NCBI RefSeq assembly: GCF_902459465.1
Contig: NC_047070.1
Location: forward strand, 19,282,001-19,346,000
Length of the DNA stretch: 64,000 nucleotides
Origin: Asterias rubens
Taxonomy: Eukaryota
Direction: 5' to 3'
Under the pieces are notes generated by a model. The model made no database searches. It was given only the letters and a program-made list of their open reading frames with translations, and was not told the origin of the DNA. Position 1 is the stretch's first letter. The number at the start of each line of letters is the position of its first letter. Shown here one piece after another: positions 12,701 through 24,000 of this stretch. A program made the translations under genes and the position numbers.

Positions 12701-15700
12701 CTCTGCCCCATTGCGTGTTGACCAATCACAACGCAACGAAGGTCTGACAAATAAGGTCCGACATGCGTGCGCGTATCTTGGCGCGCGTCAGAGTTGTGCA
12801 GAAAGGGATTGGAGAGCCCCATGTGTTCTTGCTCACACGTCGACGTGGGCAGAGCCTATTGGAACGGTCAATTGACATAAGGCAAGTTTTAACTTTTGTA
12901 TTTCAAGATCTTTCAAAGAACCTCTAAAGGCAGTGGACATTATTGGTAATTACTCAAAATAATTTTTCGCTTAACACCTTACTTTGTACGAGTAATGAGG
13001 AGCTGTTGGTTGTATAATACATTGTGAGAAACGGCTAGTAACGTAGTTTTCGAGGAAAGAAGTAATCTTCCACAAAATCGATTTCAGGACCTCAGATTTT
13101 GAATTTGAGGTCTCGAAATCAAGCATCTGAAAGCACACAACTTCGTGTGACAAGGGTGTTTTTTCTTTCATTATTATCTCGCAACTTCGACGACCGATTT
13201 TCACGGAGGCAATGAAGGCAATTTCCTCTATGCCCCCTGGGTTATTGCCTTGGTGCCCTCGAAATGCTCCATTAGATATTTACAATTTCCTCATAGAGTG
13301 CCCTTTATGCTTTGGTGCCCTTTGCTCTTTCAAAAGAGGCACACAGGCCAGTATACCGCTATGTCATTGTAACCCAATCCATTTCATTACTTTATGTTCA
13401 GGGTTACTGCGGCTGGGCATTGGTTCGTTTTGATCGTTTGCTGTTACCTGGTAATCCAGATATCGGAGTACTACGCTATAATGATCGCTACTATGTCTTC
13501 TCATCAAAGGAAGCAGCTTATGAGTTTGCTAGTGATCCCAACAGGTGAGTCTCTCATCAGGGTTAGAAGACTCTCAACCCTAGATACTCATTAATCCCTT
13601 GATGAGATTTGCAGTCGGACCAATCTTGGGGTGCGTTTGATTAGCTTCCCTGGGTCTACCCCGCGGTGCTCACTCGGTTGAGCCCCTGACAAGAGCTAAT
13701 CGAACGACCACACTCGCCCTCTCGTGGTAACGCCATGCACCTCAGGTCGCCCCCGAGTGATCCACTCCACAAGCAGGGCACTGGGGGCTGAACCGGGTGA
13801 GCCCCGTCAAAGCTATTTGTACATACCGGGGCAGACCGGGGTCGACCTGGGGAAGCTAAGAGAACGCACCCATAGATAAGAGGGTAAAGAGTCAAAAGCT
13901 TTGCTGTGAAATTCTCAATCCATCAAAACCAGACTCAACACGGGTATGGATTGTGGAGGATTAAGAAAGCTAATTACAGAGTGAAAGGTAGGGTCATCTT
14001 TTGGTTATGACCACCAAAAAATAGTGTGTAATTTTATCTGAAAGCTTACTTGGAAAAACTATTAAGCCTCCTGTGAAATTAATTTGTCTGAAACGCTCCA
14101 ACTGATTAGAACAGAGAAACGATTTGCGCATGATTTAAACGTTTCTCGGATTTCCGAGGGTTGGTTGCTGCTGAAGCTATAGGCGCATGTCCGCCACCAC
14201 TTGGTGTGCTGTGCCCATCGCCTCGTTTTGGGTTAGCATTGTGATGTACCTCATGCATAAATGTGAAGAGAGGCGTATAGTGTGACAAAAACCAAACGGG
14301 GACCCTTCCTTCCTTTGATAGCTACTGAAAGTGTGTATGTGCTTATTTTCAGGTATATCCAACATGTAGCAGAGTGTGCTAAGATATCTCCTGAACTAAT
14401 CCAGTTACTGGAGCTTCACGCTCAGTTTGCTACTATTACACCCTACACTCAGGTCAGTTCAAGTTAAAGTCAACTCTGTATTTTACTAAGGTCAGAGGGA
14501 AATGAGATTTTTACAATGCAAAAATAGGCTTAGCTGTTGCAAACTGCTTTACCAACCAAAAGGACCGATGGTATTGACCCTATTCACCTGAAGTCATCAT
14601 CAGAATAATCTTGGATGCGCCATTTTGGTGGTCAATGTCAACGTGTGTTATTCAGAGAAGTGCGCATTTTAGGTGAACCTATTGACCACCAACATGGTGA
14701 GCGTGGCATCAGTCGCCGCGTGTGACGCGCACGCAAGGGGTCAATCGGACCTAAAGGCAAACAAATGGTTAATTGCTTTATGTTTCAACCCAAGCAGAGT
14801 CTTTCTCAAAGGCTTTGTACAGTGTCTATCATTCAGGGTCTTTAAGTCCATATCTCTATATTATTTTGCCATCCTATAGAATAAGCTAAACCTTGAGAAA
14901 AATATAAGTTTCATTATTTTTATATGTTAAAATTTGACTTTGATTTAGAAGTTGAGACCGCCTGAGGAATATCATCGGCCTGATAGTCAGGTTTAAGAAT
15001 CCAAATGAATACATTTGATGATCATTTCATGAACGAGTCGTCTCTAACAATGTCAGAATAAAGTTTTATCCTTACGATTCCTATAACGTGACCCCCTTGA
15101 CCTTTGACCTACGTACAGGGCAAGGACCAAGGTCAGATGATAGAGAAGCCAATAACTAAATGTGATATGGGAGTGCAGACTGAAGTTCACCCAATAGAGT
15201 CTAACATCGTTAAGTCATATGAGTGGAATGAATGGGAGCTAAGAAGAAAAGCCATCAAACTGGTAAGCCAATCATTACAGTTTACATTCGGGAAAATTGA
15301 AGAAACAATTAATTTCAAAATTTTCATGAAGTGATATTCTTTCTGTGTTTTTTTGTGCACTTGGGGAAATATACGAAAAACTGTTTTAATAAGGCATGAA
15401 GTTTTTTTTTAGAAGAGCCCTACACCATGTCTAACATGTGGGATAGCCCTTATACTCAATTTGTTGTCCAAGGACAAAAATTCATGCCTGAAAAGTACTC
15501 AAACTATTGTGTGTTATTATAAATTGATTATTTATATGAGATAAAACTGATGAAATGCTCACACAAAAAGGAGTCAAAGAATGTTCTTCAATTTCTAACC
15601 CCAGCATTGCTAATCCAGAATGTACCCTTTCTTTGCCTCAGACCAACCTGCGTAACAAGGTGACTCACTCCATGCAGACCAACTTGAGTAATCTCAGACG

Positions 15701-16363
15701 AGATAATGTCACTCAAGTCTACCTGCCCAAGTAAGTAGCTTTTAATTTTAAACTTCCACCCAATTGGGGATGGGTAGGCTTTTCATTGAAGTCTACCTGC
15801 CCAACTAAAACTAATACCCAACTGGGGATGGGTAGACTATTCATTCCAGTCTACCTGCCCAAGTAAGAAGCTAAAACCATTACCCAACTGGGAATGGGTA
15901 GACTTTTCATTCAAGTCTACCTGCCCAAGAAAGAAGCTAAAACTAATGCCTAAATGGGAATGGGTTTCATTCAAGTCTACCTGCCCAAGTAAGTAGCTCA
16001 AACTAATACCCAACTGGGGATGGGTAGACTTTTCATTCAAGTCTACCTGCCCAAGTAAGAAGCTATTACTAATGCCCAACTGCAGATGGGTTTCATTCAA
16101 GTCTCCATAAGTAAGTAATACTTGTGAAGGACTTTTTGAAGGTTTTCATGGTCTTTTTTAAATTATTTTTTTAAAGATTTGTGTTTTATAACCTAAATAT
16201 GTTTTTGTCTCTTTTCTTCAGGGATACTGCAAGTCAAACTAAGACGGATAGTTTCAGCAACGTTCCCAAGCCCCAGACATTCCTGGCTGGACTGCGAGGT
16301 GGTCAAACTAAAACCACAGTCATGACCAAAGTAGACCTAACACTGGATGTAGACCAAACATAA
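6740..16363 (+). CDS. CFAP206: Cilia- and flagella-associated protein 206, ~623 aa, 15 coding exons (plus a possible 42-nt extra exon)
   Basis: Exons: 6740-6931, 7277-7367, 7756-7944, 8713-8871, 9059-9151, 9715-9827, 10373-10492, 11120-11224, 12133-12219, 12536-12640, 13402-13544, 14353-14452, 15119-15262, 15642-15730, 16222-16363. All introns are GT-AG and the phases join into one frame (1872 nt). Peptides MSRAQAESVIKNIIREIAQEC, LRSGLGSPTD, AALQSVFPQTELGTF, SYEWNEWELRRKAIKL and FLAGLRGG match vertebrate CFAP206 as recalled. AATAAA at 16389-16394. Confidence 0.95.
8301..8682. mobile_element. TTAA-flanked MITE family A (Kolobok-like), full copy
   Basis: TIRs AGGCAGTGGACACTATTGGTAATT / AATTACCAATAGTGT(A/C)CACTG(T/C)CT flanked by TTAA on both sides. 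Other full copies at 23418-23792 and 44164-44541; partial copies at ~12926-13197, ~25496-25748 and ~36720-36876. Confidence 0.85.
9250..9440 (+). mobile_element. LINE 3' fragment (Ingi/Vingi-like zinc-knuckle C-terminus)
   Basis: MQRWGFVDEQTACECSQKPKMEHQLVCSLL resembles the KWG..CECG..QT..HLL.C terminus of I-group LINEs, as recalled. Confidence 0.5.
9441..9592. mobile_element. Short MITE (GGGGTGGA(C/T)TTCACAAAGAG TIR)
   Basis: Inverted end CTCTTTGTGAAATCAACCCC at ~9572-9591; fragments near 7392, 10160 and 24140. Confidence 0.65.
10798..10914. repeat. 24-bp minisatellite, 5 copies
   Basis: CAAACTTGCTTACCATTAAGCATA x5, inside a MITE. Confidence 0.95.
11575..11745. repeat. Abundant ~170-bp interspersed repeat family D (about 10 copies or fragments)
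   Basis: Motif GGGCAAGGGCACCAAGGCA...GAAATTGTAAAT...GGAGGCAATCGCCTTC...GTATCAGGCCTG. Copies near 11918-12090, 13200-13345, 17860-18055, 30468-30600, 35300-35410, 38440-38590, 44880-45045, 45630-45770 and 54470-54610. Confidence 0.8.
12685..12880. mobile_element. ~190-bp MITE family F (3 copies)
   Basis: Ends CAATAGACCGATC / GATCGGTCTATTG with a shared core (GTCGGACCTTATTTG, GTGATTGGTCAA). Other copies at ~35494-35690 and ~43738-43927. Confidence 0.75.
13628..13871. mobile_element. ~245-bp MITE
   Basis: GGGTGCGTT..AGCTTCCC / GGGAAGCT..AACGCACCC inverted termini. Confidence 0.6.
15716..16115 (+). repeat. ~57-75-bp tandem repeat (6-7 copies) seeded on a CFAP206 exon end and donor
   Basis: GTCTACCTGCCCAA(GTAAG) recurs at ~15717, 15791, 15848, 15915, 15974 and 16041. 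Confidence 0.9.
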
Positions 16364-18075
16364 ACCAGTTATGCAAATGAAAATTGAAAATAAAGTTTGA
16401 GTTTATTCCTGAAGGTATAAAAAGTCTAGACTATTGGAGACCATAAGTTGTAAGCCTGGTATACTATTGGATACTTGACAAAATCATTTTCCTTTTCCAA
16501 ACGACCCATAAAGTGTTGTTGTTGATGGCTGGTTTGTGACGCCAGTTTAACCCATTTTGTATTGACAGGAAACACTATCTTATTAACGCGGTCTTATACC
16601 CCGTGCTCAGTAGTAATATCCATCATAATTCAAAAAGGACCAGACTGTTTTCCCTTCCTGCTTAGGATTGGTCGTAGTGATTAGAAAGAGGGCAACTGAA
16701 GGTTAGCAATAATTAAAGATTCTAGAAATAGTTTATGGATATTTCCAAGCTGTTTTCAGTGACATTTATTTTACACTGTAAAAAACAAAATGACTGTATG
16801 TATATTTCCTGAATTGTTCAAAAGGTGTTGGCAACTGCACACACACATAATAAAAATCAATTTCACAAAAGAAAGTTTTGTACCAACAAATATTGAATGC
16901 AGATGAGTGCATTGTTGTTGAATACAATCACTTTGTGAAATCTGGACTACTCAAATTCAGAAGGCGAGGCTGAGTGAAATGGAATAGCCAGGGCCCAATT
17001 TCATGGCTATGCACTCCGCCAAATTCTGTGCTTTCGACCACGATTCCCCGCTTACGTGCAAGCGCCTAATTTCTGCGCTAGCCTTGTGACCTACAATGCT
17101 TGGTAACGTGGGGTACGCACGCCCAGAAGCAAACATTCGCCGCTAACCCGTGAGAAACGCTTGCCATAGGCACAGAATTCCCTGCTTCCGTAAGCGGCGA
17201 TTCTGTGCTTACGGTTAGCAGAGCCATGAAATTGGGCCCAGACTTCACCGAATAATTATATTCGGCTACACTGCATGAACACACTGCATTCAATATTTGT
17301 TTTATTAAAGTCTCATATTATATCCTTGTCATTTGAAATGTTTTGTTTCCGACTAAAACATGTACGACCTATGCTCTGAAAATTCTATTTAAATAATCTT
17401 AAATAACATGGAGGACGCGATATACGCAACAACCTTGTCCTTCGTGATAGGACCTTGCCTTGTTTGAAAAAAATTGTAGGAAAAGAATATTTTGGAAGCA
17501 ACAGCATTGCCAATGCTGTGAAGCATCCTACAATTATCCATATAGGACTGTATTTAATATTGGATTGTTGCGGCAGCATACATGTACAGGGCAACAAAAA
17601 GGATAACTTGTTCTACCAATCAAATGGCAAGAATGTTTGTGTGCAGTTAAAAAGAAAATTAAAATTGTATTCTGTCATTATTTGAAAACAATAAAAAAAC
17701 AGTTTGATTTCAATGAACACTATTTGATGTGTCAATGTTTAGCGTTATAGATGTTGTTATTAATTATCTGCAGTGAATACGCAGCGAGTATGAACCGGCC
17801 TTTACCGCCACACAAATCAAATCACAAACACCAACATGGGAGTTCCCATAGACTTAAGATTTTCCAGCGGAAGAGCTGTTTGGAAAATGAAAATGGCCTT
17901 GCCCTCTCAGAGATGAAATTGCCTGCTTTTATTCTCATAGTCTTACCGCCACACATCTCAAATCACGAACAGCGACATGGAGAGTTCCCATATACTTCAA
18001 GAATTTCCAGCGGAAGTGCTGTTTGCAGAATGGCCTTGCCCTCTCAAAGATAAAATTCTTGGCGTTTCCTCCCCT

Positions 18076-21000
18076 TCAAATCTCCCTCCTTGTTGTCTTC
18101 TTCTTGGGGGCCTCCTTCTCCTTTAACTTAGCAGATCTTGCAAATTGCTGATGGTTAACTCAGTTAAGGAGACAAGCAAATAACTATTTACATGAGCTTC
18201 TTTCTGTTTGGTTGAGTCTTCCATGAAGCAAGTGGGTCTGTCCACACTGTTGGGGCTATATGTGTGACATTTTAATACAAATGGGTAGCAAAAAGAAAAG
18301 CGTTTCGTCAAGCTTTTGTCACTTTTTCTTTCTTTATAAAGATCAAAACAAATTTCTCTGTATTTTAGTAATAACTGGGGATCATCTTCAAGATGATTGT
18401 TTGTTAACAGGACTGTTGGACAGACTTTTCATACAGTAATGGTGAGAAAGGCATAATAATATGAACAGATTGCCAAAAGGTTTGTCCCTTACAATGCTGT
18501 TCCTGTGAGGAATGTTTTCAGGCAAAACCAAGACAACTGTGTGGGTACTCGTGGGTACTCAAGAAACTACAAAGAATTTTCTTGAAGACATTATGTTCGT
18601 AACATGAAAGGATATTTGTCACAATTTGTCACACTATGTCTGCCAAGATTATTGTATTGTATTGTATTGCTTTCAATGCATGCAGTTGAAAAGGATACCA
18701 CTACGATGGGTTTGCCCTGTAGAATGTAACCATTGGTGTCCTTCAATGCTTTCTCAGCAGCAAACTCGCTGGGTAGACCAACAAACGCTTGACCTTTCAT
18801 TCGACCCTGGGTCATCAGCTGTATGGTAAACCTAAATGAAAAACCATAAAGAAAATAATAAGCTGCAGGGGAAATGAAAAGGTTAAAGCCCCCCCCCCCC
18901 CATCACACAGAACTCGTTCTCACTACAGACAGACCTAACTCGTTGCCAGAAATTATTACAAGGCCCACAGTATAGACATTTCTGACCAAGTTATACAAGC
19001 CAGACCAAATCCGTTTTACGATTTTTTTTAGGACGGGTTTGGACATCTTGAGAACTAGTTTGGTGTGACTTAGCCTTAACAAGCTTACATTTACAACCTG
19101 CTGTTGACCCCTTGCATGATACGTAGCTCACTAACATACTATTATCTTGTCCCCCATTTTGGGATTCAAAATACACACTGTATAGACCGTTCCATTGTTG
19201 ACATAGTTTTCCAACCTCGGTTGACAAAAATTGGGCTGTGATGTTGGGATAGAAATGTCTATACACAAAGGAAATGGTTGACACTTGTCACACGTTTCGC
19301 AGAGGTGCGTTCTGTGTCTGTAAGGCTTATGGGTAGAGACAGTGTTCACAGTTTTAAATGTTGATGTTTTTCTTACATGTCTTTATCAATTGGCGATGTC
19401 CAGTCCAGATAACGACCAAAGATATACTTCAAATCCTGAAGAAATAAAACACACAAAAAGAATGTGCCAAAAATCAGAACAACTTACATGTTTCGCTAGT
19501 CCATCACAACAAAATAATTAATTTAAAATATATAACTTGTAGAATCAAATTTAATGAACACTTAATATTGACTTGGGTAGTACGTTTTAAAAAAAGCAGT
19601 GAGTAAAGTTCACTGGAACTGATAGGTTTTTAGACTTACTTTTTCCTCGACTGTTTTAGCTAGGTTTTTAAGGTACAGCCTTGTGGTAGGTTCACCCCTC
19701 TCATAGCGCTTAAATACTGGATGCCTCTTTATTTCTAAAAAAAGAAAAGACAGAAAAGAAAACCATCCGGGAGATAGAGTGTGAAAGATAAACACAAAGT
19801 ATAAAGTTGTTTTTAATTTTGGCCCCAGTATATGTCCAAGATCTCTTAGCCCTTCGATCATCTTCACTGTCATCAGCTACCCGACGCCTTCGCACTTCTT
19901 CCACCCCAGATTTCCAGCTTTATGGATATGAACTCAGTCAATTCCTCCTCAACATCTTCATCTTCAAGAAACTGAGTCTCAAGATACTTACCATGTGATG
20001 GAAGTTTATTTCTGAGTTCCTTTCTGGATATAAACTCAGTCAATTCCTCCTCAACATCTTCATCTTCAAGAAACTGAGTCTCAAGATACTTACCATGTGA
20101 TGGAAGTTTATTTCTGAGTTCCTTTCTGGATATAAACTCAGTCAATTCCTCCTCAACATCTTCATCTTCATCTTCATCATCAGCTTCGTATAAACCCTTC
20201 TTGGAAGGAGCTTCATCTTTCTCAGTTACTGGATGCTCAAATGTTCCAAACCCTGAGACTTGTTGAGAAGACTCTAAAGTATCAGCCACTGATGGATCAT
20301 AGATACCCGGCAGTGATTGATCTACAAAGAAAAGGACTTCATGTAAATAAATCTGAGGAGGTTCACCACCAGGGGCAAATTTCATAGAGCTGCTAAGCAT
20401 GACATTTTTTCCTTGATAAAAAACAGGAGAACCAGCCAAATTTCCACTTGATTTTCAGGATAAGCAAACAACAGCTGAATACCAGTGACAAGCAATACGC
20501 TACAAATGGAAATTTAATCGATAATCCTGTTTTTATGAATTTCATGCTAAGCAAATTTTGGTGCTTAGCAGCTCTATGAAATTGGGCTCAGTTTTGTAGC
20601 CATGGTAGGCAGTGCTGGGTTGGCCTGCCCCAGGACTCATAAGTTTGGCTCAACAGTCCAAGCAAAATACATTGTACCGACCAGCACAGATTTCCCCTAG
20701 AAACAAATTACTTGTCCACTGTGGATTGATCGGAGACACAGCTAATGATAACAAGTATCATATGTCACAAAGAGAGAGAATTTATTGCATTGCCCAATAA
20801 CACCAACAGTTCGGAAAACTTGGTATCATGGGGTGTCGTGGCCGAGCGGTTAAGAGCTCCGAATTCAAGCTCTGCTCATTCTGTTCAGCAGAGTTTGAGT
20901 TCGAATCCCGGTCGTGACACTTGTTTCCCTGAGCAAGACACTTAACTATTATTGCTTCTCTCCACCCAGGGGTAAATGGGTATCTGTGAGGGCAGAGATG

Positions 21001-24000
21001 GTTCTTGTGATTGATTTAGCCGTCTAGCGCATTTGTTACACGAGGCTGTATACTCCCCAGGGAGCTGAGATGGTTTAAGGAGTGAATTAAGGCCCAGTGA
21101 CCAGGGGTAATATCTTGAAGCGCTTTGAGACACCCGTAGGGAGTGAAAAAGCGCTTTACAAAAACTCAATATTATTATTATTATCATGCACTTCAGCAAT
21201 AATGGCTCTGTAATTAAACATGAATAATTTTGTTGATCCGCTCGCCATTGGTAGACTTTAATAATAACTGCATTTCCAAAGTGCCAAATTGCCAAAGGAT
21301 ACAAGGCGCTGAAGAAAAAGGAAACAAGACGTTACAAAGATGCTGTCGACCAGCTACAGACGAGGAGTAAAGGTTGGTCTTCCGAGACTAATTGAAGGCT
21401 GGGACACTGTTAGAGTTCCTGCTTTGGATTCCATAATCGGAGAGTGGCATTGTTGGATTTATTGCCCACCACTAAAATTGGCCATAGAGAATAACCAGTA
21501 ACCATAGCAACTCCAGAGGAGGCCTAGCACCAGCTCCTGGCTGGAAGAGGCCTAGAGGCTGCCCTCAATCATCCTGGGCCCAACAACTTGGCTGGCCTAA
21601 AGAAAGCGACCACATGTGGCGTGAGGCTGTAGGACGTGGACACAGGAGATCGGTGCGACGGACCCTTGCTGTCTCTGTTATTGACTGATTGAATAACCAG
21701 TACTGTACAACATGTTCATCAGTTAAAATCATACTTTCTAGTTACAATACAACACAATTTCTGTTGTTTACCTTTCACAGCTTGTGTTTGGCCATCCACA
21801 CACCCTCCGATGTTCTCTGTTATCTTGAATTCAATTCTCTTGCTGGCTGCCATCAGTGGTTGTTCAAACACATTGACTGCCTTAGCTGGTTGAGATGTCA
21901 GCGGACCAGTCTGTGGGTTCTTAGGGGGTGCAATGGACTGCAATTTATGTCTCTTTGGTTGCTGCAGAGGCTTCGTCTTTAAGGGCCTCTTCAGGGATGC
22001 TCTCACTTCTTCCGTTCTGAAAAATATTGTCAATTAGAAACACAAAATTTAACTACTTATAACAATACTGAATAGTTCTTATATAGTAAATTTTACAATA
22101 AACGAATCAATGTGCTTTACATTAGTGCCCTGGTTATTGCGCCAACCACATTCTTTTAATATTTCTCAGCTCCCTGGGGAGTATACAGCCCAAGCTGCTA
22201 TGCGCTCAGAAGGCTTTTTAGAACACAATATCAACTCTACCCACACAGGTCCCATTTATACCCCTGGGTGGACAGAAGCAATTATAGTAAAGTATCGCGT
22301 CAAGGACACACGTGTAACGCCCGGGATTCGAACCACACATCCAATGACTTGCCCACCAGAACTTGAAGTTGATGCTCTAAACCACTGGACCATGACACCC
22401 TACAAACTTTAAATACATTAAAAGCTTTGTATAAATAATAAAATAATGAAGACTAATAAGGGTGAAGACATTGCAAAACTTCTCACTTTTCTCTTTCTTC
22501 CGGATCACTCTCAATCTCAGATTCCTCGTCACTTGAACTTGATACATCCATAGCCATGACTGACCGATTACTGTCAATAGAGGGCTGCAGTACAGTATCC
22601 TCTGCCTGATAGAAAATAAATAATACAAGTCTAATCAATTACAAAATTCAAATTACAGAATATTGTGACCTAACCTTCTTATATCTGTTTTTTAATTTTT
22701 TTTATGCAAGTCGCTAGACACACAAGGCCTGAAGGCCACTTCAAGGTGTGGGCTGCAATAATTTTTTTCCAGAGGCTGATTGCCACCTACTCCTAGGGCT
22801 GAAACAGGGTGACCCCTTTTACAGCCCATACGAATGTAGGCTTGGGTATCATCAGTCCGAAGCCTGGCCGGCAGAGCAGAAAGCACTACCTCCCCAATTT
22901 TATGTAGCAAGTGTCACGACCGGGATTCGAACCCACACTCTGCTGATCAAACACCAGAGCTTGAATCCGGTGCTCTTAACCGCTCGGCCATGACATGCCA
23001 TTCAATCATATAGTGTTATTTTGATAAATAGGCTAAATATAGTCGCATCAGAAATATAAAGGTTCTTAGTTCAATTTGTATGGAATTTGTAAAACTGCTT
23101 TTGCATGATTGATCTCCTGGAAAATGGGGTTTATTCTTCAAGAGTAGGTCATCAAAGTATTTGTTTTGCAAAAAGAAACATTCGTTTTCGAAGTAAAACA
23201 TTAGGTTTTTAATTTTGACTTATTTCTTTTCCAATTTATATGCATTTTTCATTTAAGGATCTTTGATCACAACATATATGAAATTGCCGTTGATGACCTT
23301 ATATTTCTCAGCAGACCTTATAAAGAAGTTTTTTTTTTTTTACAACATTCTATTAACTTGATCTTTACAAAGATTTTAATATAAATGATCCAGGTCTAAG
23401 TATTCAAAATCATTTAAAGGCAGTGGACACTATCGGTAATTACTCAAAATAATTATTAGCATAAAACCTTTCTTGGTGACGAGTAATGGGGAGGTTGATG
23501 GTATAAAACATTGTGAGAAACGGCTCCCTCTGAATGCCATAGTTTTTGAGAAAGAAGTAATTTTTCACGAATTTGATTTCGAGACCTCAGATTTAGAACT
23601 TGAAGTCTCGAAATCAACCATCTAAACGCACACAACTTCGTGTGATAAGGGTGTTTTTTCTTTCACTATTATCTCGCAAGTTCGATGACCAGTTGAGCTA
23701 AAATTTTCACAGGTTTGTTATTTTATGCATATTGTTGAGATACACCAACTGCAAAGGCTAGTTTTTGCACTTATCAATAGTGTCCACTGCCTTTAACAGC
23801 AAAACAGAAATACTTTGTAGCATATTAATATTAACTAGAAGACTCACCAGTGGTGGAGTAGGTGTGACTGGACCAAATGGAGCTGGCAGACTCATCTTAT
23901 TCATCAAGTGAAGTACTTGGGTGTAAAACTTGGGAGCTGATGCCAAGGTATTGATGATGTTTGTTAAGATGTTTACAGTTGGTGCAGGGTAGCGATAACG

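Noticed and set aside
15716-16115. CRISPR-like appearance of the repeat arrays (also 31035 and 55945)
   Set aside because: Eukaryotic introns, no unique spacers and no cas genes.
16400-18075. Vertebrate-style tandem USSE in the RNPC3 3' UTR
   Set aside because: Only an isolated TATCCTTT-like match (~17600) was found, with no closely spaced pair.
20830-20920. tRNA gene look-alikes (also near 22920, 55580, 60840 and 60900)
   Set aside because: A and B boxes run into a shared SINE body; no complete cloverleaf is evident.
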